Origin: an uncultured Aquiluna sp.
Lineage (GTDB): Bacteria; Actinomycetota; Actinomycetes; Actinomycetales; Microbacteriaceae
NCBI GenBank assembly: GCA_964439375.1
Contig: CAYTOH010000001.1
Span: forward strand, 1 to 48,136
DNA: 48,136 bases
Reading direction: 5' to 3'
Shown here: in pieces, positions 9,710 through 19,661 of the stretch
How the letters are laid out: each line of letters begins with the position of its first letter
How positions within the stretch are numbered: position 1 is the first letter of the stretch
Translations under genes and position numbers: made by a program
Notes under the pieces: model-generated
What the model was told of the DNA's origin: nothing
Seen by the model: the letters and a program-made list of their open reading frames with translations, nothing else
The model's database searches: none

Positions 9710-10534
9710 TTAGAGACTCACAAGAGTAACTGATCCGGTGTTATTTGCCATCGCATATTGCTCATCAAGACAGGCGCTGCTGAAAGCGATTAGTCCGTCC
9801 TCAGGCCTAAAAGCACAGTCAAAGACCCCTTTGAGGCCTCCCGGCTCCTCAGCGGCGCTCTCGCGTTCGAAGATCGTCTCGAAGACACCCTCATTACTCA
9901 ACCGCACAATCTTGCCGTGAAAGGCCAGGGCTACGAGAACGTTTCCCGCGGTGTCGACCGATAGCCCGTCTGGCCCAGCACCCGCTTCGAAATAGAAGCT
10001 CTGCAGGTCAGAAAGGTCCTCGTCGAAAAACGTCAATCGATCGGCGAAGGTCTCAGCAACGACTAAACGACTTCCACTTCGATCGCAGCCATTGGGAAAG
10101 ATAAAGAGCGGCGAAGATGTCTCTACTTGGCCAGCGGGGGAAATCCGGAAGATTGGTGAGGGGCGCGGTTTGTCGTTCTCTGGATCGAAGCCATAACCCC
10201 CAACCCAGGCAACACCGTCATTATCAACATGCATGTCATTCAAGGGAAACTCGGTGTAGTTAGACAAATCTGCGTAGACAGAAAGTCGGCCATCGGGTTT
10301 GAGCCTTAGAACCTTTCTCTCAAGACAGTCCACAACTAGTAGGTCTCCGTTTGGAGCCCAACCCAAACCGCCGGGCATGGAAGGCCCTCCCTGACTTTGA
10401 TCCAGAACCACTTGCGAAGCTTCCCCCGGTCGCCAACGTATGACCTGGCTGCGGAACATATCGCTGAACCACAAATCTCCATCCCGCCAGCGAAGGGCCT
10501 CTGGAAACCCAAGTCCCGTTAGCTCCTCCGTCAT
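9710..10534 (-). CDS. SMP-30/gluconolactonase family sugar lactonase
   Basis: GLGFPEALRW, LNDMHVD, FPNG, GPDGLSVD motifs. Confidence 0.85.
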   Translation of the reverse strand: MTEELTGLGFPEALRWRDGDLWFSDMFRSQVIRWRPGEASQVVLDQSQGGPSMPGGLGWAPNGDLLVVDCLERKVLRLKPDGRLSVYADLSNYTEFPLNDMHVDNDGVAWVGGYGFDPENDKPRPSPIFRISPAGQVETSSPLFIFPNGCDRSGSRLVVAETFADRLTFFDEDLSDLQSFYFEAGAGPDGLSVDTAGNVLVALAFHGKIVRLSNEGVFETIFERESAAEEPGGLKGVFDCAFRPEDGLIAFSSACLDEQYAMANNTGSVTLVSL

Positions 10535-10553
10535 TTCTTATCTCCTAATGGGC

Positions 10554-11279
10554 CTAGAACGTCGCTGTAAGGCCACCGTCAACAACAAGTGTTTGGCCCG
10601 TCACGTAAGTGTTTGCCCGCGAGGCCAGCCAGATGACAGTCTGAGCGACCTCGTCCGGTTTAGCAGCTCTCCCAAGCGGTAGACGGCCAGAAGCAACGTA
10701 GCCTTTCCTGAATTCTTCAGTATCCGACTCATCAATGCCGGCATCGTTCAAGCTCATTGCAGTTCTCACAAAGCCCGGCGCGACTGCATTGGCAAGTATT
10801 CCGTGCGGTGCTCCCGTCAGCGCGAAGGATCTGGTTGCCGCCTCAAGGCCAGCCTTGCCAACGTCATACGCAAGGCAGTCAAGCTTTGAGACGGCGGCGT
10901 GAACACTTGTTATGTTTACGACTCGCCCAAACTTCTGGGCCTTCATCGTTTCAAAGCAAAGCGACATGAGCTCCAAAGGCGCTTCAAGATTTACGTCCCA
11001 GACTCTCTTCCAGTCATCCGGTCCAGAGCTACCGAAGGGTGTCATTCGAAAAACTCCGGCGACATTGATTAGAACATCCACGGAACCGAGCATCTTGACG
11101 GCAGACTCAACTACGAATGCGCGATCTTTCGAGATTGCAAGATCTGCGCGCATCCAGCCACCCCCGGACTGATTGTCAACTCCAAATACGCGGTGGCCTG
11201 CTTGAAGCAACCCTTGATTGACCGCCGCTCCAATGCCGCTGGCGACGCCGGTCACTAAACAATTCAAGCTACTTTCCAC
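10554..11279 (-). CDS. Short-chain dehydrogenase/reductase (candidate aldose 1-dehydrogenase)
   Basis: TGVASGIG, NVAG, YDVGK catalytic motif, APGFVRT, VDGG. Confidence 0.85.
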   Translation of the reverse strand: MESSLNCLVTGVASGIGAAVNQGLLQAGHRVFGVDNQSGGGWMRADLAISKDRAFVVESAVKMLGSVDVLINVAGVFRMTPFGSSGPDDWKRVWDVNLEAPLELMSLCFETMKAQKFGRVVNITSVHAAVSKLDCLAYDVGKAGLEAATRSFALTGAPHGILANAVAPGFVRTAMSLNDAGIDESDTEEFRKGYVASGRLPLGRAAKPDEVAQTVIWLASRANTYVTGQTLVVDGGLTATF

Positions 11280-12189
11280 GGCTGTCTCCCGCTCTCGAAA
11301 AGCTTAGGGATGTTGTCCAGTTCATAGAGGAGCTCCCTTCCAGGAATGGTCCAGTAAGTTTTGAAGCGCCCAGCCCGTGTGGCACATTCGTTGGTTCGAT
11401 GCCAAGTGCAAAGACCTCACCATGCCAAGGTGGGTCTTGGGAAAAACCAAACTCTTTCCATATCAAGGCGTGCTCCAGCCCAGCCCAATCTACCTGGAGC
11501 TCCCAGTCGCTAATCTGCGCGCGAATCCGCTGCCTCGTGGGACTAGCCACTCCGAAAACAGCTGCAGGAAGCTCGGCGCTGAGCCTGCCCCAATTCGCTT
11601 CCAAAGCTTGTTGCGATTCGATTTCCTCACTCGGTGCGCCGGTGTAGTCAAGAGCAACAAGCTTGAAACTGGAATCGATGGAAAGTTGACCCTCCAATCC
11701 TTTGCGAAGTGGGAGCAAAAAATTGGTACCGAGAATTAGGTGCTCGGCAACACCTACAGGCACATTGAAACTTGAGTGGTTCACCAATTCGGTGGTGGCG
11801 ACAACCTGATTTTCACTGGTCATAGCCCAAGATCGACTCATGGAGAGAGAGCCATCGAGGCTTTCCCAACCTAGAACTAACTCCTGGTCGGTTTGCTGCA
11901 GGACCGACCAAGCATCTTGAGATGCGGCACCATGAAACGCTGGGTGGTCATCAGCGAGACCACCGAGGCCGGTGTTGGGGGCGCAGAGCTGCCACCCCCC
12001 AAGCCACCTTGAGACCCAAACCTCCTCGTTAGGGGCGACATCACCATAGCCTTGAAGGGAAGCGGCCCAAGGAGTTTTTGCGAGAACACTGAAACCATCG
12101 ACCATTAGTGAAGCCATGACTCCACCTTTTTGGGGCACAACCTCGGCCTCCAGATGTCCAGAGGATAGGCGCACCACTAAATCTGTCAT
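11269..12189 (-). CDS. Aldose 1-epimerase (mutarotase)-like protein
   Basis: GGWQLCAPN, FHG, EHL, LGIEP motifs of the galactose mutarotase-like fold. Confidence 0.7.
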   Translation of the reverse strand: MTDLVVRLSSGHLEAEVVPQKGGVMASLMVDGFSVLAKTPWAASLQGYGDVAPNEEVWVSRWLGGWQLCAPNTGLGGLADDHPAFHGAASQDAWSVLQQTDQELVLGWESLDGSLSMSRSWAMTSENQVVATTELVNHSSFNVPVGVAEHLILGTNFLLPLRKGLEGQLSIDSSFKLVALDYTGAPSEEIESQQALEANWGRLSAELPAAVFGVASPTRQRIRAQISDWELQVDWAGLEHALIWKEFGFSQDPPWHGEVFALGIEPTNVPHGLGASKLTGPFLEGSSSMNWTTSLSFSRAGDSRGK

Positions 12190-12959
12190 TCTGCTTCGGG
12201 CTTGAAAGCGTCGCGTTGGTTCGACCTGAGGGCCTGGATCAGAGCACTCTTGCCCTCGAGTACCACCAACAACATCGCATTAGAGGCAGCCTCCCCATCG
12301 CCTCTGTCAATGGCCTGGTAAACCTGACCATGAAGAGCAACATCGGCCAGTAAGTCTGATGGCTCTCGAACAACCTCCTGCTGAATCAGGAATGCTCTTC
12401 GCAAAAAGTCTGCAACCACATTTCCAAATTGAATCATTAGGGCGTTGTGAGTCGAGTGGTAGACAGCCAGGTGGAACTCAAGATCAGCCTGCGCGTAACC
12501 CTCTGGTGAGCCAACCTGCTTCTCCATTGCCGTCATAGCAAGTCTCAATCGCCGATGATTGTCGATTGTGGCGCGGCCAGCGGCGAGTCTGGCCGCTGCT
12601 GGCTCCAAAATCTGGCGAAGCTCTATCAAATCCCGCATCACCATGTCGCCTTTGCCGGATTCGTGATGCCAGCGAAGTATGTCTGCGTCGAAGATGTTCC
12701 AGAACTCTGGCGCCTGGACCTTTGTACCAATTTTCTGTCGAATCTCCACCAGGCCTTTGGCGGAGAGCACACGCATAGCTTCCCTGACCGAAGTTCGGCT
12801 CACGCCAAATTGAGCACCGATCTCCGGCTCAGTGGCAAGAAATTCGCCCGGCGCGACCACCCCACCTACGATGCTGCGCCCGATGCCATCGATGACGGTC
12901 TTCTGAAGACCCCTGAGTGAGGACTTAGGGGAGGACAAAGAACTAAACGCTTCGACCAT
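12186..12959 (-). CDS. FadR/GntR-family transcriptional regulator (DgoR-like)
   Basis: wHTH FGVSRTSVREAMRVLSAKGLV; FCD domain ELRQILEP, ADLEFH; WNIFDADILRW linker. Confidence 0.92.
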   Translation of the reverse strand: MVEAFSSLSSPKSSLRGLQKTVIDGIGRSIVGGVVAPGEFLATEPEIGAQFGVSRTSVREAMRVLSAKGLVEIRQKIGTKVQAPEFWNIFDADILRWHHESGKGDMVMRDLIELRQILEPAAARLAAGRATIDNHRRLRLAMTAMEKQVGSPEGYAQADLEFHLAVYHSTHNALMIQFGNVVADFLRRAFLIQQEVVREPSDLLADVALHGQVYQAIDRGDGEAASNAMLLVVLEGKSALIQALRSNQRDAFKPEAE

Positions 12960-12983
12960 TCAAACCCCTTATTCAATGAGCCG

Positions 12984-14186
12984 CTAAATTACCACATTCG
13001 CCGCAGGTCTAAGAGAAGGGCTGAGATAAATAGTCTCATCGTCGACCTTGATTTCTACTTTTCTCAAATACGGCGTAAGAGCTGCCTCGTTTACTCGGAT
13101 ACCCAGCCCGGGTTCTTCTGGCGCGAAGATCTCGCCATCTGAGTTTCTACCGATATGGTCAACCGAAAGGTCCCAAGCAACCTGTTTCGGCTCAACTGGA
13201 TACTCACAGATTCGATGGTGCTCGAGCCCAGTGAAAGCCTGCAGTGAAGCGGAGAGGGCCAAGTGCGAGGTAAAGGTGTGATTCACAAACGTTACCCCTC
13301 TTCGAACTGCGTGATCTGCGACAATCTTCGATGGTCCAATTCCACCAATTCGAGCCGAGTCAACCTGGATGAATTTGACCGCTCCGAAGTCGATGAGATT
13401 CATCGCCATGTGCGGGGTGTGAGCACCCTCGCCCCCAGCTAGGCCCACCGAGCCAGAGTGAAGCGCTAGATCGGAGTATGCCTTGAAAGCGTGAGCAAAG
13501 AAGGGTTCTTCCAGCCAGGTCGCGTGTGCCTTCTGAAGCGCGGGTAATCTCTTTCGGGCAAGCTCGACGTCGTCGCCCCAAATCTGACCTGCATCGATGA
13601 GGAGCTCTGCATCAAGTCCAAGGCCCTCACGGGCTGCAACAACGTGATCTGCATCGTCAACGTGATTTGCCGTTCCGTAGTTTCCCCAGCCGAACTTGAC
13701 GGCCCTGTAACCATTTGAGCGCGCCTCACGAGCCCGCTCAAGCGTGGACTGAGGGGTGTCTCCCATGAGCATCGAGGCGTACGGGAGCTTAGGGAAATTG
13801 TCCTTGTATCCAAGCATTTGCCACACGGGTTGCTCGCGACGTCTACCAAGCAAGTCCCACAAAGCGATCTCAATGCCCGACCACGTGTGCGCAGCCTGAA
13901 GCAAATCCATGCTGTTTCGCCCGACAAGTTCGGTCAATCGGTATATGTCCTCGATTGTCTCGACCTTTTCGCCAATCACACTGGCAGCAACCGGCTGACA
14001 AACTCCGTGCGAGCGAGGCGTGACAAATGCCGCGATGGATGTCAGTGGTGAGGCCTCGCATTCTCCCCAGCCCACGTGTCCGCTTTCATCGACTACCCGC
14101 ACTAGTAGGGCGTCTTGACTACCATCGGCCTCCAGGGTTACCTCGGGCATCGATGCGTAAAAAAAGTCGACCGATTCGATTCGCAC
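12984..14186 (-). CDS. Enolase-superfamily (mandelate racemase subgroup) acid-sugar dehydratase
   Basis: GWGE, IEIALWDLLG, metal ligands IDAG/LEEP/GGE, His in NHTF, PGLG. Start set at GTG 14186 (SD GAGAG); the track start is 14213. Confidence 0.85.
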   Translation of the reverse strand: MRIESVDFFYASMPEVTLEADGSQDALLVRVVDESGHVGWGECEASPLTSIAAFVTPRSHGVCQPVAASVIGEKVETIEDIYRLTELVGRNSMDLLQAAHTWSGIEIALWDLLGRRREQPVWQMLGYKDNFPKLPYASMLMGDTPQSTLERAREARSNGYRAVKFGWGNYGTANHVDDADHVVAAREGLGLDAELLIDAGQIWGDDVELARKRLPALQKAHATWLEEPFFAHAFKAYSDLALHSGSVGLAGGEGAHTPHMAMNLIDFGAVKFIQVDSARIGGIGPSKIVADHAVRRGVTFVNHTFTSHLALSASLQAFTGLEHHRICEYPVEPKQVAWDLSVDHIGRNSDGEIFAPEEPGLGIRVNEAALTPYLRKVEIKVDDETIYLSPSLRPAANVVI

Positions 14187-14340
14187 CTTGAATCTCTCTT
14201 TCGTATCTGGCACTCGACTACTGAAATGCGCCGGGACACCAAACGTTTTCTAATACTTTACACACATTCATAATACCTTTGGCAAAAAAGGTTATCAATT
14301 TGTGCTTTTTCAAACGCAAAAATTGTAGAAGTAGCTTTCT

Positions 14341-14351
14341 ACATATGATGT
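14341..14351. promoter_or_regulatory. Candidate FadR operator / -10 box ACATATGATGT
   Basis: TACAT-ATG-ATGTA dyad in the divergent region; shares TATGATGTAAT with the 19630 site. Confidence 0.5.
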
Positions 14352-14562
14352 AATGACAGTGCGGTCTAGGAATCGAGAAAGGATCGGCACAGTCGCCGAT
14401 CTTCCTTGCTTCCAAAGTGCACAGCATTCGAGAGGTTGGAGGAGTGAGGTAGCCGGGTGGGCGAGACTGAGAAATCTTCCTGACCTGTTTGCTTCACAAA
14501 TTTCAAAGAATGCAACCTGGTGGTGAGTCCATTACCTCCAGTCAACTTTGAAAGGGCAGACG

Positions 14563-15900
14563 ATGAACATACGTAAGTGGTCCGGTTTTGCAGCGGCATT
14601 GGCGCTGACTGCAACACTCGCGGCTTGTGCTCCGGCAGCAGAGGAATCAACCGAGGGAGCTGCGACCGAGCGTGAATTAGTAATTTGGGACACTGGAATT
14701 CTGGGCAAGACCCTAGAAACAGGTGACCCATACGCAGAAAATGCTTTCCTAAACCAGATGGCCGTTGAGTTCGAAGAGGCCAACCCTGGCGTTACCGTGA
14801 CAGTCGTCCAGCAGGGCGGTGACATTTCCGCGAATGCCGCTCAGTTCCAAGCTGCTGCTATTGCTGGCACAGGGCCCGACATTCGCGTCCAATATGCAGG
14901 CGGTCCAACCACTTCCTTTGCAGACTTCTTTGTTGATCTGGAGCCTCTAATCCCGGCGGAGATCCTTGACTCAATGGCCGGCCAGTATGTGAACCGTGAA
15001 GGCTTCAGCTCCGATGGTCGCCTGCTTGGGATGACCTATGGGGCTGGAAACTTGTTCGTGGTCTTCCAAAACGCAGATGTGTTGACTGAGGCAGGGGTAG
15101 ACCCAACCAAGGTTCCCACCAGCTGGCAGGAACTCGTAGCGAACGCGCAACAGGTAACTGACAACACTGATAAGAACGGCTTCTACACTGGCAACCTTGA
15201 GGGTTACCCAGGCGCATGGTTCATCACCGCGATGGTTGGTGGAGAGCTAGGCGAGACAGCGTTCACCGACATGTACAGTGGGAAGATTCCTGTCGATCAC
15301 CCAGCCATGGTTAAGGCATACCAGGCCTTCGCTGACTGGGGCGCTAGCACTGTGAACAACCCTGATGCAGCTCAGGTAACCGCAGGTGGTCAGGGCTTCT
15401 ACGCCGGTGACGCTGCTTACTACCTCGTCGGTAGCTGGGAGAACAACGGAATCGTCGAAGCGTTTGGGGAAGACGGTCCAGTGACCTCGTTCTTCATCCC
15501 AACCCTGGAAGGAGCTCCGTTCCCAAAGATTGGCGCCGGTGGTCCTGAAATCGCTCTCTCTATCACCGAGGCAAGCAAGAACAAAGATCTTGCAGCCGAG
15601 TTCTTGATCTTCCTGGCGAAGCCTGAGCACCAGGACCGCTTTGTCAAGATCTATCAGACCCAGGGTTCCAACCACGTGAATGGTGACCCTTCGATGATTC
15701 AGAACCCGCGCTTGAAGGAGCAGTTTGAGCAATTGGCTGTTTCCACAGACGGCATTACCTTTGCTTTCGACAGCGTTATGCCTCAAGCAACAATTGACCT
15801 GTTCTATCGAGTGAACGCCGGTGTCTTTAGCGGAGCAATAACGCCTGAAGATGCGGTTGCACAGCTGAAAGCATCGTACGAAACAGAGATAAATAAATAG
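14563..15900 (+). CDS. Carbohydrate ABC substrate-binding lipoprotein (CUT1)
   Basis: ATG 14563 with SD GAAAGGG; lipobox LAAC; FEEANPGVTV, GTGPDI, PTSWQEL motifs; followed by two permeases. Confidence 0.9.
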   Translation: MNIRKWSGFAAALALTATLAACAPAAEESTEGAATERELVIWDTGILGKTLETGDPYAENAFLNQMAVEFEEANPGVTVTVVQQGGDISANAAQFQAAAIAGTGPDIRVQYAGGPTTSFADFFVDLEPLIPAEILDSMAGQYVNREGFSSDGRLLGMTYGAGNLFVVFQNADVLTEAGVDPTKVPTSWQELVANAQQVTDNTDKNGFYTGNLEGYPGAWFITAMVGGELGETAFTDMYSGKIPVDHPAMVKAYQAFADWGASTVNNPDAAQVTAGGQGFYAGDAAYYLVGSWENNGIVEAFGEDGPVTSFFIPTLEGAPFPKIGAGGPEIALSITEASKNKDLAAEFLIFLAKPEHQDRFVKIYQTQGSNHVNGDPSMIQNPRLKEQFEQLAVSTDGITFAFDSVMPQATIDLFYRVNAGVFSGAITPEDAVAQLKASYETEINK

Positions 15901-15928
15901 CTACAAAAAACATGGGTAACTGAGTAGG

Positions 15929-15962
15929 CGCAGAGGCCGGGGTTCACGCCCCGGTCTCTGTG
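15929..15962 (+). terminator. Stem-loop between SBP and permease genes
   Basis: GCAGAGGCCGGGG-TTCACG-CCCCGGTCTCTGT with G.U pairs. Confidence 0.65.
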
Positions 15963-15987
15963 TCATCTCAATCACAAGGGAGTGAGA

Positions 15988-16845
15988 ATGCGCCAGTCAA
16001 AACTGATAGGAACCCTAGCGGTCCTCCCTGGCTTTCTGATTGTGATCGGATTCATGGCGTTCCCGGTCATGTTTGCTCTTTACATTTCCTTCACGAAGAC
16101 AAATGGCTTGACCTACGAATGGCGCGGTCTCGAGAACTATTTCGCTATCTTTACTGATCCGATAGTTCACCAAGTTTTCCTGAACAACTTCAAATTTTTG
16201 ATTTCAGTGCCACTGGTCATTGGGGTAGCACTGATTTCGGCCATACTGCTATTCGAACAATTCAAGGGCTGGAAGTTCTTCAGGGTAATCTTCTTTTTGC
16301 CCAACGTTCTATCGGTCGCGGTTATCGGTTTGATCTTCCGAAACGCGTTTGGCTACGACGGTGCGGTGAATCAGTTTCTCGGACTCTTCGGTCAAGAGCC
16401 GCGTCAGTTTTTTATCGATGCGAACTACAGCATCGCAATCATCATTCTCGCCCTAGTGTGGTCGGGTTTCGGCTACCAATCTTTGCTTCTTTTGGCTGGG
16501 TTAACTTCAATTAATCCAGCGGTCTTCGAGGCTGCCGCTATCGACGGGGCAGGTTGGTGGCGAAGGCTCTGGTACATCACCCTCCCAAACATTCGGAAAG
16601 TGCTCGGGTTTGTTTTCATTATCAACATCCTCTACACCTTTGCTTCACTCTTTGGCTTCATCTTCGTCATCACAGCAGGTGGGCCCGGTTACGAGACGAC
16701 GACGATTGACTACTTGGTATACCTGAGAGCCTTCTCAAGCAACAACCTAGGATCGGGCGCTGCGCTTGCGGTCGTGCTGTTCCTGTTTATTGGACTTCTG
16801 ACTCTGTTCCAAAACAAAGTCTTCAAGCTACAAAAGGAGGACTAG
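15988..16845 (+). CDS. Carbohydrate ABC permease
   Basis: Hydrophobic TM segments, FEAAAIDGA EAA motif, TAGGPGY; SD AAGGGAG. Confidence 0.92.
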   Translation: MRQSKLIGTLAVLPGFLIVIGFMAFPVMFALYISFTKTNGLTYEWRGLENYFAIFTDPIVHQVFLNNFKFLISVPLVIGVALISAILLFEQFKGWKFFRVIFFLPNVLSVAVIGLIFRNAFGYDGAVNQFLGLFGQEPRQFFIDANYSIAIIILALVWSGFGYQSLLLLAGLTSINPAVFEAAAIDGAGWWRRLWYITLPNIRKVLGFVFIINILYTFASLFGFIFVITAGGPGYETTTIDYLVYLRAFSSNNLGSGAALAVVLFLFIGLLTLFQNKVFKLQKED

Positions 16846-17691
16846 ATGTCAGACGTGACGATCAGCACTCGCATCAGTGGTCGGTCAAGGTGGCCGATCT
16901 TTATCGGCATGTGTTTGGTAGCTGCAACGATCATTTATCCACTGTTTTTTGTGGTCACCACTTCGCTGCGAACCAATCCTGACTACAAAGCAGACCCATT
17001 CGGACTGCCAGCAGTTTGGACCTTCGAGAACTACATCACCCTGTGGGAACAATATGGGGTTGGGCGCGCGTTCATGAACAGCTTGTTTGTGGCCATCAGC
17101 GCTGTGGCAATCATTCTGACGGTTGCGACATTTGCCGGTTACGCCCTGGCCAAGCTACCCGTGTTTGGCAGCAAGTACTTCACCGCCTCGTTTGTTTCGG
17201 TGATGCTGATACCCGGACCAGTATTGATTATTCCGATTTACCTTGTTCTTGCGCGCCTCGGGATAGTTGGAAACTACACGGGATTGATTCTGGTCTACGT
17301 TGCCACTGGACTGCCTTTCGCAATCTTTTTCCTCACCCTCACATTCAGGTCAATTCCAGACGAACTGCTGGAGGCTGCGAAAATTGATGGGGCGGGCTTC
17401 TTCCGAACTCTCTGGTCAATCATTGTTCCTATGGGAGCCTCCGGACTGGCAACCCTAGCGGTTCTTCAATTCTTGGGCGCTTGGAATGAGTTGATTTTTG
17501 CCCTCATCTTGATACCTGACGATCAGCTCAAACTGCTTACCCCAACCCTCGCCTCAATTGGTCGACGATTTGTAACGGATCAGCCGCTCACTTCTGCGGG
17601 ACTCTTCATCACAGCTCTGGTTCCGCTCCTACTTCTTACGTTCGCATCGAAGTACATCATGCGAGGTTTGCAGGTAGGCCTTAGCCGTTAG
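16846..17691 (+). CDS. Carbohydrate ABC permease
   Basis: [17 protein letters not shown] motif, WNE motif; SD AAGGAGG. Confidence 0.92.
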   Translation: MSDVTISTRISGRSRWPIFIGMCLVAATIIYPLFFVVTTSLRTNPDYKADPFGLPAVWTFENYITLWEQYGVGRAFMNSLFVAISAVAIILTVATFAGYALAKLPVFGSKYFTASFVSVMLIPGPVLIIPIYLVLARLGIVGNYTGLILVYVATGLPFAIFFLTLTFRSIPDELLEAAKIDGAGFFRTLWSIIVPMGASGLATLAVLQFLGAWNELIFALILIPDDQLKLLTPTLASIGRRFVTDQPLTSAGLFITALVPLLLLTFASKYIMRGLQVGLSR

Positions 17692-18425
17692 TTTTCAAAC
17701 CAGCCATCTGGGTGGAAAGTCGCATCAATTGGTTCGGTTCTCAAGGTTGGCCGCGCCCAGAGGACGGCATTGGCAAGTACTTGGCCTATTTCCTTTTGGT
17801 GATAAACGGGATAGTCCTGGTCGCCTGGAGAAAAGTAAAAAACCCTTCCCAGGCCTCGTCTCCATGTTGCCCCAGATCGAAACACTTCTCCACCAGAAAA
17901 ACTGCTGATAAAGATCAGCTCGTCAGGCGTTGGAATATCAAAGTACTCCCCATACATTTCTTGCCTAGGAATGATTATTGGGTCAGGAATTCCGGCTGCA
18001 ATTGGATGCGTGGGGTTTACCGTCCATACCAACTCTCTGTCGTGTGAACTTCGCCACCGTAATGAGCAGGTCGTGCCCATGAGTTTCTTAAAGATTTTCG
18101 AATAGTGGGCTGAGTGGAGAACAATCAGGCCCATCCCCCCGAGCACAGCATCGTAGACGCGTTGAACAACTTCGTCGCGAACTTCTGGGTGGGCCTCATG
18201 CCCCCACCACAGCAGGACATCTGTATTGGCCACAACCTCGTCGGTCAGCCCATGCTCCGGAGTATCCAGCGTAGCTGTCTCTACGCTGATGCGATCACCC
18301 AGCTCTTCGAGAAGCAGTTCCTTGATAGCCCCATGCATGCCCGTTGGATAAATCCTTGCTGGGATAGACCCAATTTGAGATTCATGCCTGTTCTCATTCC
18401 AAACGGTTACTCGAATCTGGCTCAT
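17688..18425 (-). CDS. thuA: ThuA-like protein (trehalose utilisation, class I GATase-like fold)
   Basis: [51 protein letters not shown]. The usual PGHE reads PGDQ here. Confidence 0.85.
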   Translation of the reverse strand: MSQIRVTVWNENRHESQIGSIPARIYPTGMHGAIKELLLEELGDRISVETATLDTPEHGLTDEVVANTDVLLWWGHEAHPEVRDEVVQRVYDAVLGGMGLIVLHSAHYSKIFKKLMGTTCSLRWRSSHDRELVWTVNPTHPIAAGIPDPIIIPRQEMYGEYFDIPTPDELIFISSFSGGEVFRSGATWRRGLGRVFYFSPGDQDYPVYHQKEIGQVLANAVLWARPTLRTEPIDATFHPDGWFEN

Positions 18426-19525
18426 AGCTGTATCTCCCTGCCTGCAGCAGCCGAGCGATAGAGCGCGTCAATAATCTGGGTGCGATGCAGCGCATAGTCT
18501 CCAGCATGTGCAGCAAAGTCGCCGGATAAAACATGCTCGATGAATTCATTTAGAACCGCGAGGTGCCCTTCGCCGGTGGAGGTCACGTCTGGTTTTGTCG
18601 ACAGGTGTTCACCGTTCTCATCTCTGAAGATCGTCAGTGTGTTTCGCGTTTCATAGCGCGGTATGAAAATCCTGACGCCCGCGTCGACCCCAAGCAGCTC
18701 GAACGAGATGTCCTCATCGTCGACTGCATGAGAGGCCCAGGTGATTTCCAGGGCCACCGATGAACCATCGTCCAGCCTAAGCAGGGCACTACAAATATCC
18801 TCAACTTCGAAGGTTCCGGTCCCCTGCATCTGCTTGGCAGAGTCCATAGCCCCGTAGCCAGCGCGACCCAAGTCACCATGCATAACCGCACTGACCGAAG
18901 AGACCTTGGGTTCCCCAATCATGTAAAGAAGAGAGTCAATGAGGTGTGGGCCGAGGTCTATAGCAGCTCCACCACCGGCAAGCTTTGATGAGGTAAACCA
19001 GGAGGTCAGTCCAGGGATCCCAGCCCGTCGCTTCCAGCTCACTCGAGAGTGATAAACCCTCCCAAGGTCCCCGGATTCAACTAGTTTCTTTGCCAATCCG
19101 ATGTCCTCTCTCCTTCGGTAATTGAAGGCAACTTCGAGGATTCTGTTGTTCGCCTTTGCAGCAGCAACCATCTCACTGGCTTGTTCAGCAGTCACGGCGA
19201 GCGGCTTTTCACAGAACACGTGCTTACCTGCTGCCAGTGCTGCTACCGCAATGGGATGGTGCAGAGAGTTTGGGGTCGCGATGCTTATTATGTCCAGCTC
19301 GGAATCCGCAACAAGCTCCTCCCAATCGCTTGCTGTTTTGGTCGCGCCGAACTCGGCAGCCAGAAGGGGCAGCCTATCCAACTCCTTACCTGCTATAGCC
19401 ACCAGCTTGGTGTTTGGATGCTTCGAAAATGCCTTCATGTGTGTTGTCCCGGCATAGCCCAGACCCACGACTCCGACTCGAAGTTGCTGGTTCGTTTGGC
19501 CGGTTTGTGGTGAGTTTGAACTCAT
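18422..19525 (-). CDS. Gfo/Idh/MocA NAD-dependent oxidoreductase (ThuB-like context)
   Basis: [30 protein letters not shown]; SD AAGGAGG; coupled to thuA. Confidence 0.9.
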   Translation of the reverse strand: MSSNSPQTGQTNQQLRVGVVGLGYAGTTHMKAFSKHPNTKLVAIAGKELDRLPLLAAEFGATKTASDWEELVADSELDIISIATPNSLHHPIAVAALAAGKHVFCEKPLAVTAEQASEMVAAAKANNRILEVAFNYRRREDIGLAKKLVESGDLGRVYHSRVSWKRRAGIPGLTSWFTSSKLAGGGAAIDLGPHLIDSLLYMIGEPKVSSVSAVMHGDLGRAGYGAMDSAKQMQGTGTFEVEDICSALLRLDDGSSVALEITWASHAVDDEDISFELLGVDAGVRIFIPRYETRNTLTIFRDENGEHLSTKPDVTSTGEGHLAVLNEFIEHVLSGDFAAHAGDYALHRTQIIDALYRSAAAGREIQL

Positions 19526-19562
19526 AAGGCTTCCTCCTTGGCAAAGGGGCGAATGTTTCGTT

Positions 19563-19573
19563 TCATCATACTA
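19563..19573. promoter_or_regulatory. Candidate FadR operator (reverse: TAGTATGATGA)
   Basis: GT-ATG-AT core upstream of the Gfo/thuA operon. Confidence 0.5.
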
Positions 19574-19626
19574 ATAAGCTGTCGCTGGGCCGGTTCTTGA
19601 ACGCCATTGTTCAAGCAAATGTCCTA

Positions 19627-19637
19627 AAGTATGATGT
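19627..19637. promoter_or_regulatory. Candidate FadR operator / -10 box AAGTATGATGT
   Basis: GT-ATG-AT core upstream of the glycosidase operon. Confidence 0.5.
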
Positions 19638-19661
19638 AATCAACGAAAGACTGGCCGGCCA

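Noticed and set aside
14218-14427. 69-aa ORF in the divergent promoter region
   Set aside because: TTG start, no SD, spans AT-rich promoter/operator DNA.
19596-19615. LexA SOS box
   Set aside because: The actinobacterial box is CGAAC-N4-GTTCG; this dyad has a 6-bp spacer and different flanks.
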